Shown one piece after another: positions 1-9,600 of a stretch of DNA of 59,906 nucleotides. The translations under genes and the position numbers were made by a program. Source of the DNA: an uncultured Gammaproteobacteria bacterium (GTDB lineage Bacteria; Pseudomonadota; Gammaproteobacteria; GCA-001735895); NCBI GenBank assembly GCA_937936805.1, contig CALDDP010000180.1:1-59906 (forward strand), written 5' to 3'. The stretch's first letter is position 1. Each line of letters starts with the position of its first letter. The notes under the pieces are model-generated. The model did not search any database, was not told the DNA's origin, and saw only the letters and a list, made by a program, of their open reading frames with translations.

Positions 1-1341
1 ATCAACCGGGCCGAATTCGAGAATCGAGTCAAAGAAGCGCTTGAGCTAAGTCGGCAGAACGACAGGCAAAACGCGCTGTGTTACATCGATCTCGACCAGT
101 TCAAACTGGTCAACGACACCTGTGGTCACAGTGCCGGCGACGAACTTTTGAAACGGTTGGCGGGTGTACTGCAAACGCTGATACGGGAGGAAGACCTGGT
201 GGCCCGTCTGGGCGGGGACGAATTCGGTGTATTGCTGCATGACTGCCACCAGGATCAGGCGCAAAAAATGGCCGAACGGGTGCGCCAGGCGCTGCACGAA
301 ATGCACTTCAAGTGGGAAGAGAAGATCTTCGACGTCAGCGGCAGTATTGGGTTGGTCATGATCAACCGCATGAGCGGCAGCCTGTCCGATCTGATGAGTG
401 CCGCCGATCTGGCCTGCTACGCGGCGAAGGATTCGGGGCGCGACATGGTGCATGTTTACCGTGTCGACGACGTCGAAATTGCCGAGAAATACCGTCAGAT
501 GGAGTGGTTACCGCGTATCAAGGAAGCGCTCAAAAACAGCGAGTTCGAACTGGCGGTGCAGTCGGTAACATCTCTGAGCGACAACAACAGCCCGAGGATA
601 ATCTACGAATTTTTATTGCGCTGGCCGCAGGATGACGGCAGCCTGATTTCCCCGTCACTGTTTATCCCCTCTGCCGAGCGCTACGACTTGATGCGTGACC
701 TCGACGGCTGGGTCATCGAGAATGCGCTGGCCGCGGCCGCGCAACTGAAAACCGAACTGCAATACCCTGCGGACCAGATGTTTACGATTAACCTGTCGGG
801 GCAATCGGTTTGCGATACGGAGTTGGCAGATTTCATTATCGGTATGCTGCGCCGATTCGAGGTAGATCCGCAGAACATTTGTTTCGAAGTGACCGAAACG
901 GTGGCGATCGCCAATTTTTCGACCGCAATCGAGTTTATCAACCGCCTGAGAGGGCTGGGCTGCCGCTTTGCGCTCGACGATTTCGGCAGTGGGCTGAGCT
1001 CATTCGGTTACCTCAAACGACTGCCGTTGGACTTCCTCAAGATCGACGGGCTGTTCGTGCGCGATATGCTGAACGACCCGGTCGATCTTGCGATGGTGCG
1101 CACCATAAACGATGTCGCCAGGGTACTTAAACTGCAAACTATTGCTGAATGGGTCGAAGACGAGGCAACTCTGGATGCGCTCAAATCGATCGGTATCGAC
1201 TATGCCCAGGGTTTCCATGTCTCGAAACCAACTCTGGTGTCGGAGCTTTTGCCTTTTAGCGCCGCATCAGAGAAAAGTTATCCACCCGCGATAGGGAGTT
1301 GTACAGATTTACCAGCCCTGTCAACGGCTACAAGCGATTAA
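1..1341 (+). CDS. GGDEF-EAL c-di-GMP turnover protein, 5'-truncated by the window edge
   Basis: Frame 1 is open from base 1; INRAEFENRV...CYIDLDQFKLVNDTCGHSAGDELL precedes the tracked Met at 148. GGDEF signature RLGGDEFGVLL, with an RxxD I-site (REED) 5 aa upstream. EAL-domain signatures: EFLLR, NLSG, EVTET, DDFGSG, KIDG, EWVE, QGF. Confidence 0.9.
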   Translation: MNRAEFENRVKEALELSRQNDRQNALCYIDLDQFKLVNDTCGHSAGDELLKRLAGVLQTLIREEDLVARLGGDEFGVLLHDCHQDQAQKMAERVRQALHEMHFKWEEKIFDVSGSIGLVMINRMSGSLSDLMSAADLACYAAKDSGRDMVHVYRVDDVEIAEKYRQMEWLPRIKEALKNSEFELAVQSVTSLSDNNSPRIIYEFLLRWPQDDGSLISPSLFIPSAERYDLMRDLDGWVIENALAAAAQLKTELQYPADQMFTINLSGQSVCDTELADFIIGMLRRFEVDPQNICFEVTETVAIANFSTAIEFINRLRGLGCRFALDDFGSGLSSFGYLKRLPLDFLKIDGLFVRDMLNDPVDLAMVRTINDVARVLKLQTIAEWVEDEATLDALKSIGIDYAQGFHVSKPTLVSELLPFSAASEKSYPPAIGSCTDLPALSTATSD

Positions 1342-1373
1342 CTGGTGCCGTAACATGACCATGCCCATCGAAA

Positions 1374-1661
1374 TTGAAATTGAATTTAAAACCCTTGCCT
1401 GTTTTGCCGATAAAGTATCAGGAATGCCTGATTTATGGTGTTAGCGTGAATAGAATTCTTCTTCATGTGTTTCTTGTCATAGCGGCCTGCACGCCGCTGG
1501 TTGTGCTGGTTGCCGATATGGTGCAACGATATCCGCTGGACAGGGCGTTAACGGACATTACCCTTGTCGATGCGGTTTTGCTGATTGCGGCAACGAGTTT
1601 GCCTGTTTTCGTTCTGTCCCGATTGGGCGTGGATTGGCGTGCGGATCCGGAAGAATACTAG
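1374..1661 (+). CDS. hypothetical small membrane protein (start uncertain)
   Basis: ORF only. Two hydrophobic helices (LLHVFLVIAACTPLVVLVA and LVDAVLLIAATSLPVFVL). The tracked start is TTG; an in-frame GTG at 1446 is an alternative. No recognisable family. Confidence 0.25.
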   Translation: MKLNLKPLPVLPIKYQECLIYGVSVNRILLHVFLVIAACTPLVVLVADMVQRYPLDRALTDITLVDAVLLIAATSLPVFVLSRLGVDWRADPEEY

Positions 1662-1727
1662 CGCGCGTATCTCAACAGGATGGCGGGACAGGGTATTTCT
1701 GTAAAATGCAGGACCTACCTGATTCTT

Positions 1728-2432
1728 TTAGCGTAGTAGCAGGGACGCGCCACTGGCCATAAGCAAGATGCTGATACCCCGGGTAAAGACTTCGGCAGAC
1801 AGGCCGGTGTGAATTTTTCCGCCCAGATACATGCCCAGTATCATCACCGGTAGCGACGTGGCCAATAACACCAGTAGCTGGATGTCCACAACCTCGGTCC
1901 CTAGATAACCGGTTACCCGCGCCGCACCATCGAGTAGAAAAATGCAGGCGAAAGTCGCCCGGAAAGCGGTCTTGTCGAGTTGCCTCGCTTTCAGATACGA
2001 GACATAGAATGGACCACCTGTACCAAACAGCGTCCCGACAGCCCCGCCGCTAAAGGCCGCGGGCACGGCCCACCAACTCGACGCCTTGGGTATATCGGGT
2101 CCCCACAGGGAGTAAAGCGCGTACAAAAGGACAAAGCCACCGAGGATACGGGGGAGCAAATTGGCGTCTGCATTATGGAATATCAGCAGGCCTGCAAATA
2201 CGCCCATCAGTGCGGGAATGATCAAGCGGCTGATTTCACTCCAGTGAATGCTTTGCCGCAGACTAACGCCATGTCCAGCTGAAGCCAGGTAATCCAGCAT
2301 CACGACCAGGGGCACTGCAACCTTCAACGGAAGCATCAAACTGAGAATCGGAATGGCAATCAAACCCGAGCCGAAGCCACAAATGCCGCGAACGAGATAA
2401 GCGAACAAAATAATTGGAGCTGCCATCGTCAT
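1728..2432 (-). CDS. TauE/SafE (TSUP) family anion/sulfite exporter
   Basis: Polytopic membrane protein with Gly-rich TSUP motifs (GICGFGSGLIAIPIL; GGAVGTLFGTGGPF). The tracked ORF runs to 2531 with a GTG start. ATG at 2432 (MTMAAPIILF...) gives the usual family length of about 234 aa. Confidence 0.8.
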   Translation of the reverse strand: MTMAAPIILFAYLVRGICGFGSGLIAIPILSLMLPLKVAVPLVVMLDYLASAGHGVSLRQSIHWSEISRLIIPALMGVFAGLLIFHNADANLLPRILGGFVLLYALYSLWGPDIPKASSWWAVPAAFSGGAVGTLFGTGGPFYVSYLKARQLDKTAFRATFACIFLLDGAARVTGYLGTEVVDIQLLVLLATSLPVMILGMYLGGKIHTGLSAEVFTRGISILLMASGASLLLR

Positions 2433-2878
2433 TAATTCAATCTGGTGGCTATCGAACAATCCCGTGGCTCCTTCTAGTATGTTCAGGCAAGAACTGCCAT
2501 TGTGCACAAAGAATCGACTATTAGGAATCACTTTCCTGCCTCAAATCGGTCTGATCGCAGTTTAAACCGCTAATGACAATCAAATCTCTCCTGAAAAACA
2601 GGGCCACCTCGCATAGCCATTTTCGCGCAGCCTATCTATGATGGGGCCGGCGAAAGAACTATCTGCAAGAAGGTTAACGTGCAACGCTGGTGCCGTATCA
2701 AATATCGAAACCGGCTATACCCGGGCCTTGATCAGAACGGTCAGATCGAACTCTATCAAGGCAGTATGCTGGGAAGCAAAACCGCCATGGGAACAACCAT
2801 TCCCCCAGAACAGGCTTCCGACGTATCCCCACTAGGAACCGCGGTCTATATCAAGCAGCTCTTTAATCCCACAATCCC

Positions 2879-3379
2879 TCAGATAGCTATAGGTCTCCCG
2901 CATTTTTCTTTTATGGGTGGCACGTAGATCACGCACCCATCGCGACCACGAGTGAGCAACACTCTGTAAGCATTTATTCTAAGCGCCTTGGGATCCTTGA
3001 TTCGATGAGCATCGCGATATCCGGACGCAAATGCATTATCCCATTCCCCGTCTCGACGAATCAGATCGGTTCTCCATGCTAGAAGATATGCGTCCAATTC
3101 CAGCCCCTGCGCACCGAACTCGGTTACCACCACATCTAAATTGGTGCACGAACCTGGGACCCCCATTGGCTCCGAATACCATTTCCCATACTTTCCAGGG
3201 GCCGCCTCAAAGGGGCTCTTGAAGCCTTTGGGAATCTCACAATCTTTAAGTTCTTTATCCTTGGACGAAGCAATCAGCCCAAATCGCGCATCAGAATTAT
3301 TGTCGTAGCGGCTTCGCAAATATTCCTTTGCCTTATCTAGGTCATGAGTTAGCTGAAGGTTGTAGCCGTCATACCCCAA
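2879..3379 (-). pseudogene. C-terminal remnant of a DUF2075 / Schlafen-like ATPase
   Basis: Ends with the typical DUF2075 C-terminus (EFGAQGLELDAYLLAW...NAYRVLLTRGRDGCVIYVP). It has only a TTG start, and the frame is open upstream only to a TAG at 3449-3451. The expected N-terminal P-loop part of about 400 aa is absent. Confidence 0.6.
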
Positions 3380-3552
3380 CCGATCACTAAATTGCTCTGG
3401 TGTAATTGTATTAGGTGTAAAAATATAAAAACTATGAGGTCTGGTTCTCTATAATCAAGGAAAAGCCTTGGGTGCCTGTGGTTTATTCTGCTATTTTCAC
3501 TGGTAACCAATAGCAATGCTCATTCTGGTTAACTGATTCCGGACCTGGAGTT

Positions 3553-4713
3553 ATGAATAACATTATAAAAAAATTACTAAAAGGGCTAATTTCCGTCACC
3601 CTGATCGCTTCATGCTCTGTTGCTGCCGCTACGCCAGAAATCAATGAAGCCGTAAAAAAATACTATGCCGGGTTTCCTGATGAGGCAATCGGCATGTTAA
3701 AACCATTGGCATTGTCCGGGGATGTCGACGCCCAATACCTGTTGGGCAATATCTTATACAGCCTGTCGCAAACCGGAAAATTTGACGAGATCGATGACCC
3801 GGTCAAGTGGTACAAAATGGCAGCTGCACAGCAATCGATTGGTGCGAATTATGCGCTCGGTAACATTTTTCACGACAGATGGCGTAAATCCCGCAACGAG
3901 CAGGATGCCGCAAACGCAATCGTTTATTATCAGAGAACGGTTGATTCGGGATATACCAAAGCGCAGGTGTCTTTAAACAGGCTCAAATCTCGCAGCGGCA
4001 TTTCTCAGCGACAGGCGGCGGCTCTGGTAAAACAACAGGTAACTGCGCCCATTGCTCAAGCCGAAGTCGAGCTGCCAGAGAAACAGACAGCCGCACCCGT
4101 TCCTCAAGCCGAAGTCAAGCTGCCGCAGAAACAAGCAGCCGCACCCGTTCCACAAACCGAAGTCGAGCTGCCGGAGAAACAGGCAGCCGATTCAGACGAC
4201 ATTAACGAAACACCGGTGGCTGCGAGTAATCCAGCAGTTCAGGATAATGCGGCCATGGAGGTGGCTGAGGATAATCAGGCCACGGAGAAAGAATCGAGCT
4301 TAGAGCCTGAAACAGATGCCGGTGACTCGAAGCAGATCTCGCAGATCGTTGAACAACCTGGCGAAGAGGTAACTATAACAATCACCCTTGCAGACATTGC
4401 CCGTCAATGTCAGAACTTTACAGAAACAGGGTTTAACTTGTATGCGGAGACAATTAAGGACGCTCTTTTTTCCGGAAAGGCGTCGTTGGTAGGAATCAGG
4501 CCTGACGCCTCGAAACAGGGAGTTTACTCGACAAAATTAGCCAGTAATCAATATGGCATCGTTATTTTTCTTGATTTGCACGACGTGCCGGAGGCGGTCG
4601 CCACAAGCTTTGTAAAAGGGATTAAATATGAAGTTACCGGGCCTGTCGTCGACGCGAAAGCGATCGGTTCCAACTGCACTGTCAACCTGATATATGGATC
4701 AGTAATCGGATAA
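3553..4713 (+). CDS. Sel1-repeat lipoprotein with a repetitive Pro/Ala/Glu linker and an unknown C-terminal domain
   Basis: Signal peptide with lipobox LIASC. Sel1-like repeats (DAQYLLGNILY...VKWYKMAAAQQSIGANYALGNIF). Contains 2.75 tandem 16-aa repeats, QAEVELPEKQTAAPVP. Confidence 0.75.
   Translation: MNNIIKKLLKGLISVTLIASCSVAAATPEINEAVKKYYAGFPDEAIGMLKPLALSGDVDAQYLLGNILYSLSQTGKFDEIDDPVKWYKMAAAQQSIGANYALGNIFHDRWRKSRNEQDAANAIVYYQRTVDSGYTKAQVSLNRLKSRSGISQRQAAALVKQQVTAPIAQAEVELPEKQTAAPVPQAEVKLPQKQAAAPVPQTEVELPEKQAADSDDINETPVAASNPAVQDNAAMEVAEDNQATEKESSLEPETDAGDSKQISQIVEQPGEEVTITITLADIARQCQNFTETGFNLYAETIKDALFSGKASLVGIRPDASKQGVYSTKLASNQYGIVIFLDLHDVPEAVATSFVKGIKYEVTGPVVDAKAIGSNCTVNLIYGSVIG
4057..4188 (+). 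repeat. 48-bp in-frame tandem repeat, 2.75 copies
   Basis: Unit caagccgaagtcgagctgccagagaaacagacagccgcacccgttcct at 4057-4104, repeated at 4105-4152 with a few substitutions, then a 36-bp partial copy at 4153-4188. Confidence 0.9.
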
Positions 4714-4840
4714 ACTGCCCTGGATCCAGGGTGCGCGTTAATCGGGATAGCAAGCTCACCTGGACTGCACTCTCACCCCGTCAGGGTCGATAGCATGCAG
4801 GCAAGTTGCCTGGACGGGGTTTGAGAAGCCAGGAAACTGC

Positions 4841-5173
4841 TTAACTCGACTTGAACAGTTTAAGAAATAAAGATTTGGGAAATGACGCTGGGCGTTGCTG
4901 ACTCTCGATGTATTCCTTTACCAGTTCTTCAGTCTCATAGTCCAAAGGCTGGGTAAAATCCGTTTTCCGCCTCCGCTGATCGGTTGCCTCGGTAACATCG
5001 TATTCATCGATGCCTTTTCTTGTGGTGTCGACGGTCATTGTAAACAGCCAGGTAGTGTCATTCACGGACAAAATTAAGTAATCAGCGACACTTTTAATGT
5101 GCTCTGAATCACAACTGCTCGTATTTACGTTGTTTGGTATACCACCGAAACGACCAGCAACAGGGAGCGTCAA
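4841..5173 (-). CDS. hypothetical protein (possibly shorter, ATG at 5038)
   Basis: ORF only, with no recognisable motifs. The acidic C-terminal half (DEYDVTEATDQRRRKTDFTQPLDYETEELVKEYIE) looks protein-like. Confidence 0.3.
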   Translation of the reverse strand: MTLPVAGRFGGIPNNVNTSSCDSEHIKSVADYLILSVNDTTWLFTMTVDTTRKGIDEYDVTEATDQRRRKTDFTQPLDYETEELVKEYIESQQRPASFPKSLFLKLFKSS

Positions 5174-5350
5174 GCCCTCGCCTGAAGCCTGGTTTCAAAA
5201 CCTGGTGCCTGCAAAAGGAACCAACTTCCATTCCGGTTTTTGTGACCTGGCTCACAAACAAAATGCATTCAGTAGGCGTAACGTTGGCTCTAAAACTTGA
5301 TCGATTTCTTGATGCAAAGGCTTTCTTTAAGGAGGATTCGGGGAAGTAGT

Positions 5351-5935
5351 ATGAAGGAATTACTGCTGGTATCGCTCATTCTGATAATCGGGGCACCTGC
5401 TTTTGCAGGCTACGACGAAGCCTGGGTGGCTTATTCAAATCAGGACTATGAAACAGCGCTAAAGGAACTCAAACCTCTCGCAGAACAAGGGGATCCCCGT
5501 TCTCAGTACGCCGTTGGCTGGATGTATCGAAATGGAGAAGGGGTAAAACAGGACTTTGAAACCGCCGTCAAATGGTACCGGCTCGCAGCAGAACAGGGTC
5601 ATGCCGAAGCCCAGAAAAGCCTGGGTTTGATGTACCAGTTTGGAGAAGGAATCGCGCCTGATCATCAGGCTGCCAGCAAATGGTACAGGTTGGCCGCTGA
5701 ACAGGGGAATGCCGAAGCGCAGAGCAATCTGGGCTTGATGTATTTGAAGGGGGATGGTGTTTCGGCCAGCAAACAAAAAGCATATATGTGGTTGCATAAC
5801 GCCGCTTCTCAGGGAGTGAGTTTAGCGAAATGGACTCAGGACGAACTCGAAAAGGAAATGACCCCTGAGCAGGTGGAAGAAGCACAACTCCTGGCACGCA
5901 AATGCCTGGAGAAAAATTATAAAGATTGTTTATAA
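5351..5935 (+). CDS. secreted Sel1-repeat (SLR/TPR-like) protein
   Basis: Signal peptide MKELLLVSLILIIGAPAFAG. Three or four canonical Sel1 repeats (AQYAVGWMYRNGEGVKQDFETAVKWYRLAAEQGHAEAQ...). AAGGAGG lies upstream. The tracked TTG at 5297 is unlikely to be the start. Confidence 0.85.
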   Translation: MKELLLVSLILIIGAPAFAGYDEAWVAYSNQDYETALKELKPLAEQGDPRSQYAVGWMYRNGEGVKQDFETAVKWYRLAAEQGHAEAQKSLGLMYQFGEGIAPDHQAASKWYRLAAEQGNAEAQSNLGLMYLKGDGVSASKQKAYMWLHNAASQGVSLAKWTQDELEKEMTPEQVEEAQLLARKCLEKNYKDCL

Positions 5936-6021
5936 GAACGGTGTTCTTAGCAAACTACCGCGGTCTGGGAGCAGACGCTAGCCCCACCCCCGAACCATAT
6001 CGAGTGAGGCCAGCTGAGGGT

Positions 6022-6060
6022 AAGTAAAGCCGCCGCAGCCGGAAACCCGGCCACGACGGC
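6022..6060 (-). terminator. rho-independent terminator of ibpA
   Basis: On the minus strand GCCGUCGUGGCCGG-GUUU-CCGGCUGCGGCGGC forms a 14-bp stem (including G-U pairs) followed by UUUACUU. It starts 9 nt after the stop codon. Confidence 0.7.
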
Positions 6061-6068
6061 CGATTACA

Positions 6069-6536
6069 CTAGGCCGCTTGTTCGGCTTTGTCCTTGTGCT
6101 CGAGCGTGGCACCCGCTGTACCGATTGCAATAGAGCGGGGTTTCATCGCTTCGGGGACTTCCTTGACCAGGCTGATGGTCAACAGTCCGTTCTTCAGATC
6201 AGCACCGCTCACCTCGATAAAATCGGCAAGATTGAACTTGCGCTCGAAGCTGCGGTTGGCAATACCGCGATACAGATAGGACTTTTCGTCACCGTCGTCG
6301 GCTTTCTTGCCGTGCACGCACAAAACGCCTTTTTCAACCTGGATGTCGAGTTCGCTGTCTTCAAAACCGGCGACCGCCAGGGTTATCGCGTAGCGATCGT
6401 CACCGGTAGCCTCGATATCGTAGGGCGGAAAACCTGTCGCGGCCTTCTGGCTGCGCAGGGCATTGTCCAGTAACGTACCCATACGGTCGAAACCGATACT
6501 GTTGCGGTAGAGGGGGGATAAATCGATAGTAGTCAT
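6069..6536 (-). CDS. ibpA: small heat-shock protein, IbpA/Hsp20 family
   Basis: MTTIDLSPLYRNSIGFDRM... N-terminus and an alpha-crystallin core (PPYDIE...YAITLAVAGF...GLLTISL). ATG at 6536 has GGAG 8 nt upstream. The tracked upstream extension to 6584 is unlikely. Confidence 0.9.
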   Translation of the reverse strand: MTTIDLSPLYRNSIGFDRMGTLLDNALRSQKAATGFPPYDIEATGDDRYAITLAVAGFEDSELDIQVEKGVLCVHGKKADDGDEKSYLYRGIANRSFERKFNLADFIEVSGADLKNGLLTISLVKEVPEAMKPRSIAIGTAGATLEHKDKAEQAA

Positions 6537-6540
6537 CACA

Positions 6541-6561
6541 AATTCTCCATATGAAGCAATT
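6541..6561 (-). promoter_or_regulatory. ROSE-like RNA thermometer hairpin occluding the ibpA Shine-Dalgarno
   Basis: The minus-strand RNA AAUUGCUUCAUAUGGAGAAUU folds as AAUU-(G bulge)-CUUC / GGAG-AAUU. The UUGCU motif pairs with the SD GGAG, as in ROSE/ibpA thermometers. Confidence 0.45.
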
Positions 6562-6608
6562 GATAAAAACGCCGCCATTCTCATCGAGACCTGGCGTGCG
6601 CAGTTACC

Positions 6609-6637
6609 TATGTGGGAGCTACTGCAATGATTTCAAG
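6609..6637 (-). promoter_or_regulatory. sigma32 (RpoH) heat-shock promoter of ibpA
   Basis: Minus strand reads CTTGAAA-N14-CCCACATA, against the consensus CTTGAAA-N13-15-CCCCATnT. It lies about 70 nt upstream of the ibpA ATG. Confidence 0.6.
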
Positions 6638-6650
6638 CTTGTAACAGGCA

Positions 6651-9600
6651 CTATTTTTTTGCTTCGTGATCGTCGAGCCATTTGAGCAGGTGGTTGAAAG
6701 GCAGGGGCCTCGACACATAGTATCCCTGCACCTGATCACAGCCAATCTCAGATACGAGTTCCCAGTCCTGCTCGTCTTCGACACCCTCTGCTACCACTTT
6801 CATATCAAGTTTTTTCGCCAGCAATACACTCGACTCGAGGATGGCCCGCGCCGATGCCTCCCGGGCAGCACCATGCACGAAGGCGCGATCGATCTTGAAC
6901 TCGTTGAAGGGGATACGTTGCAGCTGCTCCATCGAAGAATAGCCGGTACCAAAGTCATCGATCGAAAGATTAAAACGCTTCAGCGACAAGCGACTCAGAA
7001 TATCGAGCGCGACCGAGAGATGCTCCATCAAGCGGCTCTCCGTAATTTCGAAGGAAATACTGGAAGGTTCGAGCCCGGACTGTTCCATCAGTGATGAAAT
7101 CCGGTCGGGCCATTCCAGGTCGGTCAACGAATCGACCGAAAGATTAATCGCGATATTGAGGTCGTGGTCCTGCGCTTTTAACTTCAACGTATATGCCATC
7201 GCCTTTTGACAGACGATATCGGTCAGTTCCCCGATCAATCCATTATCTTCCGCCATGTTGATGAATGCATCGGGCTTGATCAGGCCCTTGAGCGGATGAT
7301 TCCAGCGTACCAGTGCTTCTACCCCTACAACCTCACCGGACTTGATATCTACTTTAGGCTGAAAATAAGTATCCAGTTCATCGCTATCGATTGCATTTTT
7401 CAGCTCAGCAAGGCTGAAGGCATCCACCAGCATCATTGTCCCTTCCTGGCGAATTTGATCCAGTGAATCGAGCAGTTCACTGAGCTTGGCCGGCGTTGCC
7501 GGTTTCTCCAGAACCCCGAGCACGTGCAAATCATGCTCGATGGACAGTTTTTCAACCGTTTTCAGAATGCGCAGGTCTTCGCCACTGGTCAGAATGAGCG
7601 AACCGGAGTATTTCATTTTCGCCAGATGGCGGATGAACTCGACCCCGTCCATCTCGGGCATGTTCAAGTCACAGATCACAACATCGATCGAGCCACGATT
7701 ATCCTGTAATACCTCGAGCGCAGCCGCGCCCGACATCGCGTTAAAAACTCCGGATATACCGAGATCATTCAGCATTACGGTTATAACCCGGTGCATGATG
7801 TAATCGTCGTCGACCAGTAACAGCTTGATACTAAACTGGGTAACATCATCGTCTTCATCGGGTAGCTCGAGTTTGAATTCAGCCTCGTTTACCGATGCTT
7901 CATGGGCAGCTATCGAATCACCGAAGAATGTTTCAATATACTCGGCTGCCTGATCGGCAATTCGCTGCAGCTGCGGCATTTGCTTTTCGATATCATCCCA
8001 GTCCGCCGCATTAGCTGCCGCTTCGAGTCGCTGGCATATCTGCGCCATGCTCATTGCGCCCAGGCTGCTCGACGAGGATTTCAACTTGTGGGTATATTCG
8101 GCAAGCTGTTCGTTATTCTTCCACGCGAATGCCTGTTGAATATTATCCAGTTCATCTGTCAGCGATTCTCGATAGGCATTCAACAAATCCCGATGCAGTT
8201 CGGGTTTATCTCCAGTGGATTGTGTGAGCACATTCAAATCGACGGTATCCTGTACCAGCAGGTCTATCGCATCCGGGTTCGTCCAGTCGGAATCTTCAGT
8301 CGTGCTGTGCGGCGTCCATTTCTCGAGTGCGCTGCCGAGGTCATCGAGTTCTACCGGTTTCGCGATGACGTCATTCATACCTACCGCGAAACATTTCTCG
8401 ACATCGGCTTCCATTGCGTTCGCCGTAATCGCAATCACCGGCATTGGTGATTCGTGCTCGGGTTCGTGCTGCCTGATTTGCCGCACCAGTTCGTAGCCAT
8501 TCATTTCAGGCATGCGGATATCGGTCAGTAGCAGGTTGTAATCGCCACCCCGCCATCGCTCCAATGCCTGCTGGCCATTCTCCGCGTAGTCTGCCGAGTA
8601 GCCCAGAATATTTAACTGCGCCTCCATCAGCTGCTGGTTGATAGGATTATCTTCAGCAACCAGTATGCGTGAAGCAGCGGCATTGCTGCGGGTCACGTCG
8701 ACAATCGTCGAATCTGCGGGAGCTACCTCGATAAGAGAATCCGTTGATGCCGCTATCTCCAGAGTTATCCAGAAGGTACTGCCTTCGTTCTCGACACTAT
8801 CGATCTCCAGCTTGCCCTGCATCAAATCGACCAGCTGGCGTGTAATCACCAGCCCGATTCCGGAACCCTCGATACCGCTGAACTCGGCACCCAGTCGATT
8901 AAAAGGCTGGAACAACTCCTTGCGTTTTTCGGCGGAGATTCCACTGCCCGTATCGCGAATACCAACGCGCAGGCAGCCCTTGTCAGCGGGTTCGGATATG
9001 ACGCTGACGTTACCGCCCGGACGGTTGTACTTTACCGCGTTGGTCAACAGGTTAAGAAAAACCTGCTTGAGCCGAATAGAATCAGCCACCAGGTTTACAT
9101 CTTCGAACCGCGCTGCGTCGAAGTCCAGGCTGATGTTGCGCTCCTCTGCAAGCGGCGTTACCCAGTGCACGCTATCGCTGAGAACCTGTATCAGCGATAT
9201 CGGTTCCAGTGACAGGTCGGCCTCGCCAACCTCGATACGGGACAGGTCCAGAATCTGGTCGATAAGCGACATCAGGTGCTTGCCGGCACGATTAATTTCG
9301 ATAGCGTTGGCGAGGTGCTGTTCATCCAGACCACGATCGTAGGTGAACAATTGCGAGAATCCGAGGATTGCATTCAATGGCGTGCGTAGTTCGTGACTCA
9401 TGCTGGAGAGAAACTCGGATTTGGCCGCATTGGCCTGTTCCGCCTGGTTCTTGGCGTCGATCAGTGCAGCCTCGGCATTTTTACGCTCGCTGATATCTTC
9501 ATGAATGGTGATAACCCGTTCCCAGCTATCCTCGTAGCCACGTACCAGGCTTACGATTGAGCGGGTTTGAAACAGGGAATTGTCCATACGCGAATCAACG

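Noticed and set aside
2590-2840. Faint resemblance, in shifted minus-strand frames, to a decayed DUF433 / DUF5615 (PIN-like) toxin-antitoxin pair (ACSGGMVVPMAVLLPSIL...; LHVNLLADSSFAGPIIDRLRENGY).
   Set aside because: The fragments are under 35 aa, interrupted by stops and frame changes, and the similarity is judged by eye only. That is too weak to call; it is mentioned only because it lies next to the DUF2075 stump.
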